Source: Amoeboradix gromovi X-113
Taxonomy: Eukaryota; Fungi; Sanchytriomycota
Reading direction: 5' to 3'
Assembly: GCA_018985225.1 (NCBI GenBank)
Contig: JADGIF010000354.1
Span: 1-10,223, forward strand
Length of the DNA stretch: 10,223 nucleotides
Shown here: piece by piece, positions 6,938 to 10,223 of the stretch
Layout of the letters: every line of letters starts with the position of its first letter
Numbering within the stretch: position 1 is the first letter of the stretch
Notes under the pieces: generated by a model
Told to the model about the DNA's origin: nothing
Database searches by the model: none
Seen by the model: the letters and a program-made list of their open reading frames with translations, nothing else
Program-made: the position numbers and the translations under genes

Positions 6938-6959
6938 CCATAATAAACTTTACTAATAT

Positions 6960-8588
6960 CTAGTTCAATCTTGGTGCTATTCTGCTGGGTGTGAAGTCCA
7001 TTGAGATTATTGATTTAAATGAGTTTACAGTGTTTTCAAAAGCCGATATTTCTGGCAAGCTAATCATGTCATTTCCCTCTATGTCGACTTTCCAAGTACT
7101 GTCTAATGATTCTTCCAGTATAGCTACTTCATTGGCATAAATTTCAATAGATGGATATTTCGAAAGCAAATTAAAGAACTGCCTGCCAATGTCCATGTTT
7201 TTTGTGTATATACATTGTTTAACAGAGAAGAAACAGTCTTCAATCCTCATGAACTCATGAGCTTTTTCATCTTGCAGTGCTTTTATAAAGTAAGTTAAAG
7301 CGTCTTGTCTGCGGCCAACATTTTTATACGCAATGCCCACAATGTTGGCGTGAATTGCAAAGTTGCTCAACTTGTGCGCCTTCAAAGCATATTTTAACAT
7401 TTCTTCGTAATGCTCAAGATATCCGTGATTTTCCGCTAGCGCGATAGTAAACCTAGCATCGAATGGCCTCAATTCCACCAGTAATGAATAAAATTGTATG
7501 GCCCGTGCATAAAATCCGGATTTCTCATTAAAATAGCCCAGCGCATATAGGACTCTGTAGTCGTTTTCTGATAATCTGTATGCGCTATAGTAGCATTCCA
7601 GAGCTTTGGATTTGTTCTCCATACCGAAGTATTCAAACCCCATCAGCAGCCATGGTAACGGGTCTAGACTTTTCTTTGTTGTTGCAATTTGAAACATTTT
7701 TATACTTGAATGATGATTGTTCATCAAACTAAAGTGGTTTCCCATTACTATGTAATAGGTGTAGTCTCTTTTGTTCAATATTTTAATGTTTTCGACTAGA
7801 TTACTCGATTCGTGACTGTTTTGGTAAGTGAAATAAAAATGCGAAAATATGTCAGCAAAGTCAAGAAAAAACGAGGAAAACTTTACAGATTCAATTAGCT
7901 CATAAACGTTATCACTCTGATTCTGGTTTGCATGGAATGCTGCGTTAAGCGTCGCGATATAAGGGTTAGAATAGTTTGCTTTTACAAATGACTGTACCTG
8001 GCTATAAGGAATAAAAAACTGAAGCTTTGCGCCCATGAACAATAGAGACAGAGTTTTCATAAAGCAATCTAACCCTTTTGTGTATTTATAGAAGGCTTCG
8101 ATCGAAGGAACATTCAAAATAAACAGTTTCCAAATCAAAAAATTTCCTTTACCACAATGCCACACACAATTGGCTAACAAAGATAAAGCATCCTCATTTT
8201 CGTTGTTGGAAAATAAAATGATTGCTCTCAAATAGATTATAAAAGGGTCATCACTTGCATATTTCATTAATTCCTGAGATTGAGTCAGTAACTTGTCCAG
8301 CCAGACAGGCTGGCAAACTAAATTGTCCATGGTCATATTAATCAATAACAATGAATGAAGAGAGAAGAAATGTTCAAGACTATTGTTGCATGGCAACCTT
8401 AGAATTGCTTGGAATTTCTTTTGTACGAACAAGGACTGCTGCCGAGAATAGGAGACACAGCAACTAGACTTTATATCTCGGATAAATGTAGACATTATTC
8501 TTGCATCCTCAAATAAGCAACGCCTTGTTAATTCCTCAAAAATGAAAAGAGCTTCATCTAATGGTAGTGGTTTCAAAGACAGTTTCAT
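6960..8588 (-). CDS. CDC23: Anaphase-promoting complex subunit 8 (Cdc23), TPR protein, about 542 aa from ATG 8588
   Basis: APC8 signatures ELTRRCLFEDA, DPFIIYLRAII, IVMGNHFSL, WLLMGFEYFGMENKSKAL, DYRVLYALG and LRPFDARFTIALAE. The listed ORF begins at a non-ATG codon (8717). ATG 8588 is preferred; 8627 is possible. Confidence 0.88.
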   Translation of the reverse strand: MKLSLKPLPLDEALFIFEELTRRCLFEDARIMSTFIRDIKSSCCVSYSRQQSLFVQKKFQAILRLPCNNSLEHFFSLHSLLLINMTMDNLVCQPVWLDKLLTQSQELMKYASDDPFIIYLRAIILFSNNENEDALSLLANCVWHCGKGNFLIWKLFILNVPSIEAFYKYTKGLDCFMKTLSLLFMGAKLQFFIPYSQVQSFVKANYSNPYIATLNAAFHANQNQSDNVYELIESVKFSSFFLDFADIFSHFYFTYQNSHESSNLVENIKILNKRDYTYYIVMGNHFSLMNNHHSSIKMFQIATTKKSLDPLPWLLMGFEYFGMENKSKALECYYSAYRLSENDYRVLYALGYFNEKSGFYARAIQFYSLLVELRPFDARFTIALAENHGYLEHYEEMLKYALKAHKLSNFAIHANIVGIAYKNVGRRQDALTYFIKALQDEKAHEFMRIEDCFFSVKQCIYTKNMDIGRQFFNLLSKYPSIEIYANEVAILEESLDSTWKVDIEGNDMISLPEISAFENTVNSFKSIISMDFTPSRIAPRLN

Positions 8589-9052
8589 GGGAATTAAAAT
8601 AAACTGGAAGTCAAGATGGACATACATGAAAGATGATATAGAATAGAAGATTAGTGCTAAACCTATGCTACGAAATGAACCAGACAATGAGTCATTACGC
8701 TGCCAATATCCTACCAAGTACCCGGTACTATATTATACTAACACACTCTAAACATATCGCTAACCTTGAACAACAGCGAACTTAACAACTTTGATTCCAT
8801 CTTGGGAGGTATAAGCTACGAATAAGAATATGATGATTAAGATAAGATATTAAGTTACAAAAGAAAAGGCTATTGCAATATCAAACAAGAAACACGGTAT
8901 TCATTTGATTAATCCTGAGTCTGAATAAAAGAAAAAGCTGGAACCTAGATAATGTGAGCAAAGATGATGAGACTTGTGCCACTTGTTCCTAGCTATATAT
9001 GCGCTCTCAGGAATTTGTTGGAAAACACGTCCCATGAGTACTATAAGAAATT

Positions 9053-10024
9053 TTATTGGAAGTGCTTTCTAACTCTCAAAGGGTGTCCGCCAACACCAAT
9101 TAAAGGCTTGCTTATAACATACTTTGGCAATCCACAAATTTCACCTGTCATTGAATCAATTGCCTCCTTCCAGTCACTAAAGGACTGCGATTTGCAAACC
9201 TCTGCAGAGGATACAGCTGATAGCCTAAGAGTCGCATCATTTTCCATCTCATTTGGCAGTTGTGTAGGTTTAGTACTAGTTAGCACTAATAAACAATTGA
9301 ATTCGGTAGTTTGACCACAAATAGCAAGTTGTCTTTTCTCAAAGTCCACATGATGAATGAAGTTTATAGATTTAAAGTTTATGAACAAAGGATCACAAGT
9401 TGAGATATAAGTAGGATTATCAGCAGGCTCAGCATCTACTGTGCACAAGTAGCAAAAGCTCCCACTTAATATACGATTGAAATTTGCAGGCCTTTCTTGA
9501 AATGGGCAAGTTCCAAAAAATTTAACTGCTCCAAAGCTTACAATTGTAAATTTGTTCATTGACCTTTCAAATAACTCTGATATATGCTTACATCTCAAAT
9601 CTTTTTCAGCAGCCTCTGATAATTCGGCTGTAGCGAATTGTACATCAGAAATGTAATTTGAAACATCTATATTATCAAATAAAATGGCATTGCAGGGATA
9701 AGAATGAATATACTCGCAAATCTCCTTAATAATTTCGTAACCTAATCCCTTATAAAACGAGTTAGTTATGATATAAACTTTTTCATATTCTAGAGTTTCC
9801 GAAATCAGCGATTTGATTGCTTTCAGATAATAGAAAGGGTTGAATTTCATATCCCCATAAGGAATTGAGCGAATGACTTCTGCTCTATAGTCTTCATTTG
9901 ATTTCTTTACCAACTCAATTGTGGAATACCTATGATAACCCCCATTTATATAGTAAGTGTTTTTAGGAACAGACGGTAGTAAATTTTGAAATTTGCCGCC
10001 AATTAATATTGTAAACTGTGTCAT
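9053..10024 (-). CDS. Divergent Grc3/Nol9-like (Clp1-family polynucleotide kinase-related) protein
   Basis: YG...PFYYLKAIKSL, VYIITNSFYKGLGYEIIKEI (cf. INTxGWVKGLG), IHHVDFEKRQL (cf. IRxIDxxKKxL) and the C-terminus PKYV...GVGGHPLRVRKH (cf. PYV...GxG...xRxN). AATAAA overlaps the stop. No Walker A motif is visible. Confidence 0.65.
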   Translation of the reverse strand: MTQFTILIGGKFQNLLPSVPKNTYYINGGYHRYSTIELVKKSNEDYRAEVIRSIPYGDMKFNPFYYLKAIKSLISETLEYEKVYIITNSFYKGLGYEIIKEICEYIHSYPCNAILFDNIDVSNYISDVQFATAELSEAAEKDLRCKHISELFERSMNKFTIVSFGAVKFFGTCPFQERPANFNRILSGSFCYLCTVDAEPADNPTYISTCDPLFINFKSINFIHHVDFEKRQLAICGQTTEFNCLLVLTSTKPTQLPNEMENDATLRLSAVSSAEVCKSQSFSDWKEAIDSMTGEICGLPKYVISKPLIGVGGHPLRVRKHFQ

Positions 10025-10052
10025 CCTTTTGTGGGGGCACCAAATATAAAAA

Positions 10053-10223
10053 CTAGACTAACTCGTTTTTAAAGGAGGTGCTCCATACGGAGGAAGTGCT
10101 ATCATTAATAAAAGATCTTCTATTATACCAATTTTCTTTCATTGATTGTATTCCTCTTTTTAAAATAAAACTAGAAGACCCTGCATCTCGTTCAAATAGA
10201 GGTCTTTGAGCATCTAAGCAAAA
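10053..10223 (-). CDS. 3' end of an ORF entering from the right edge (...FCLDAQRPLFERDAG...SFKNELV*), product unknown
   Basis: 56 open codons from the window edge to TAG at 10055-10053, 28 bp before the next ATG. Confidence 0.5.
   Translation of the reverse strand, partial: FCLDAQRPLFERDAGSSSFILKRGIQSMKENWYNRRSFINDSTSSVWSTSFKNELV

Noticed and set aside
8589-8717. Hydrophobic N-terminal extension of CDC23 in the ORF track
   Set aside because: Depends on a TTG start; APC8 similarity begins just after ATG 8588.
8964-9314. 116-aa plus-strand ORF
   Set aside because: Mostly antisense to the Grc3-like gene; no motifs.
10026-10062. Possible 37-nt intron (GTTAGT...AAAG) fusing the right-edge ORF to the Grc3-like ORF, and an out-of-frame VFIFGAPTKG resembling a P-loop
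   Set aside because: The fusion is in frame but lacks the YTNAC-YTAG end of the supported introns. The P-loop-like peptide is bounded by stops and lacks the Lys. Neither can be supported without cDNA.
1-10223. CRISPR array, tRNA or rRNA genes
   Set aside because: No regularly spaced repeats or recognisable structural RNA signatures were seen by eye.

Overview
AT-rich, very gene-dense eukaryotic DNA, most consistent with a reduced-genome fungus or fungal relative (inferred from an Nbp2-type adaptor and a Vnx1-type exchanger; the organism cannot be named from sequence alone). Housekeeping genes: AAGAB/Irc6-like, NBP2-like SH3 adaptor, VNX1-like cation/H+ exchanger, RPL19, a small coiled-coil ORF, Bud27/URI-like, CDC23/APC8 and a divergent Grc3/Nol9-like gene, plus partial ORFs at both edges. 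Two genes need ultra-short 19-nt GT-AG introns. The main signal is absent from the ORF track. The gaps either side of NBP2 hold two, possibly three, copies of a small internally deleted IS607-like element. Each joins the MerR-type HTH start of a serine-recombinase TnpA to the C-terminal RuvC/zinc-ribbon part of a Fanzor2/TnpB RNA-guided nuclease, followed by a conserved structured right end resembling an omegaRNA scaffold. All family assignments come from motif recognition and hand alignment, not database searches.
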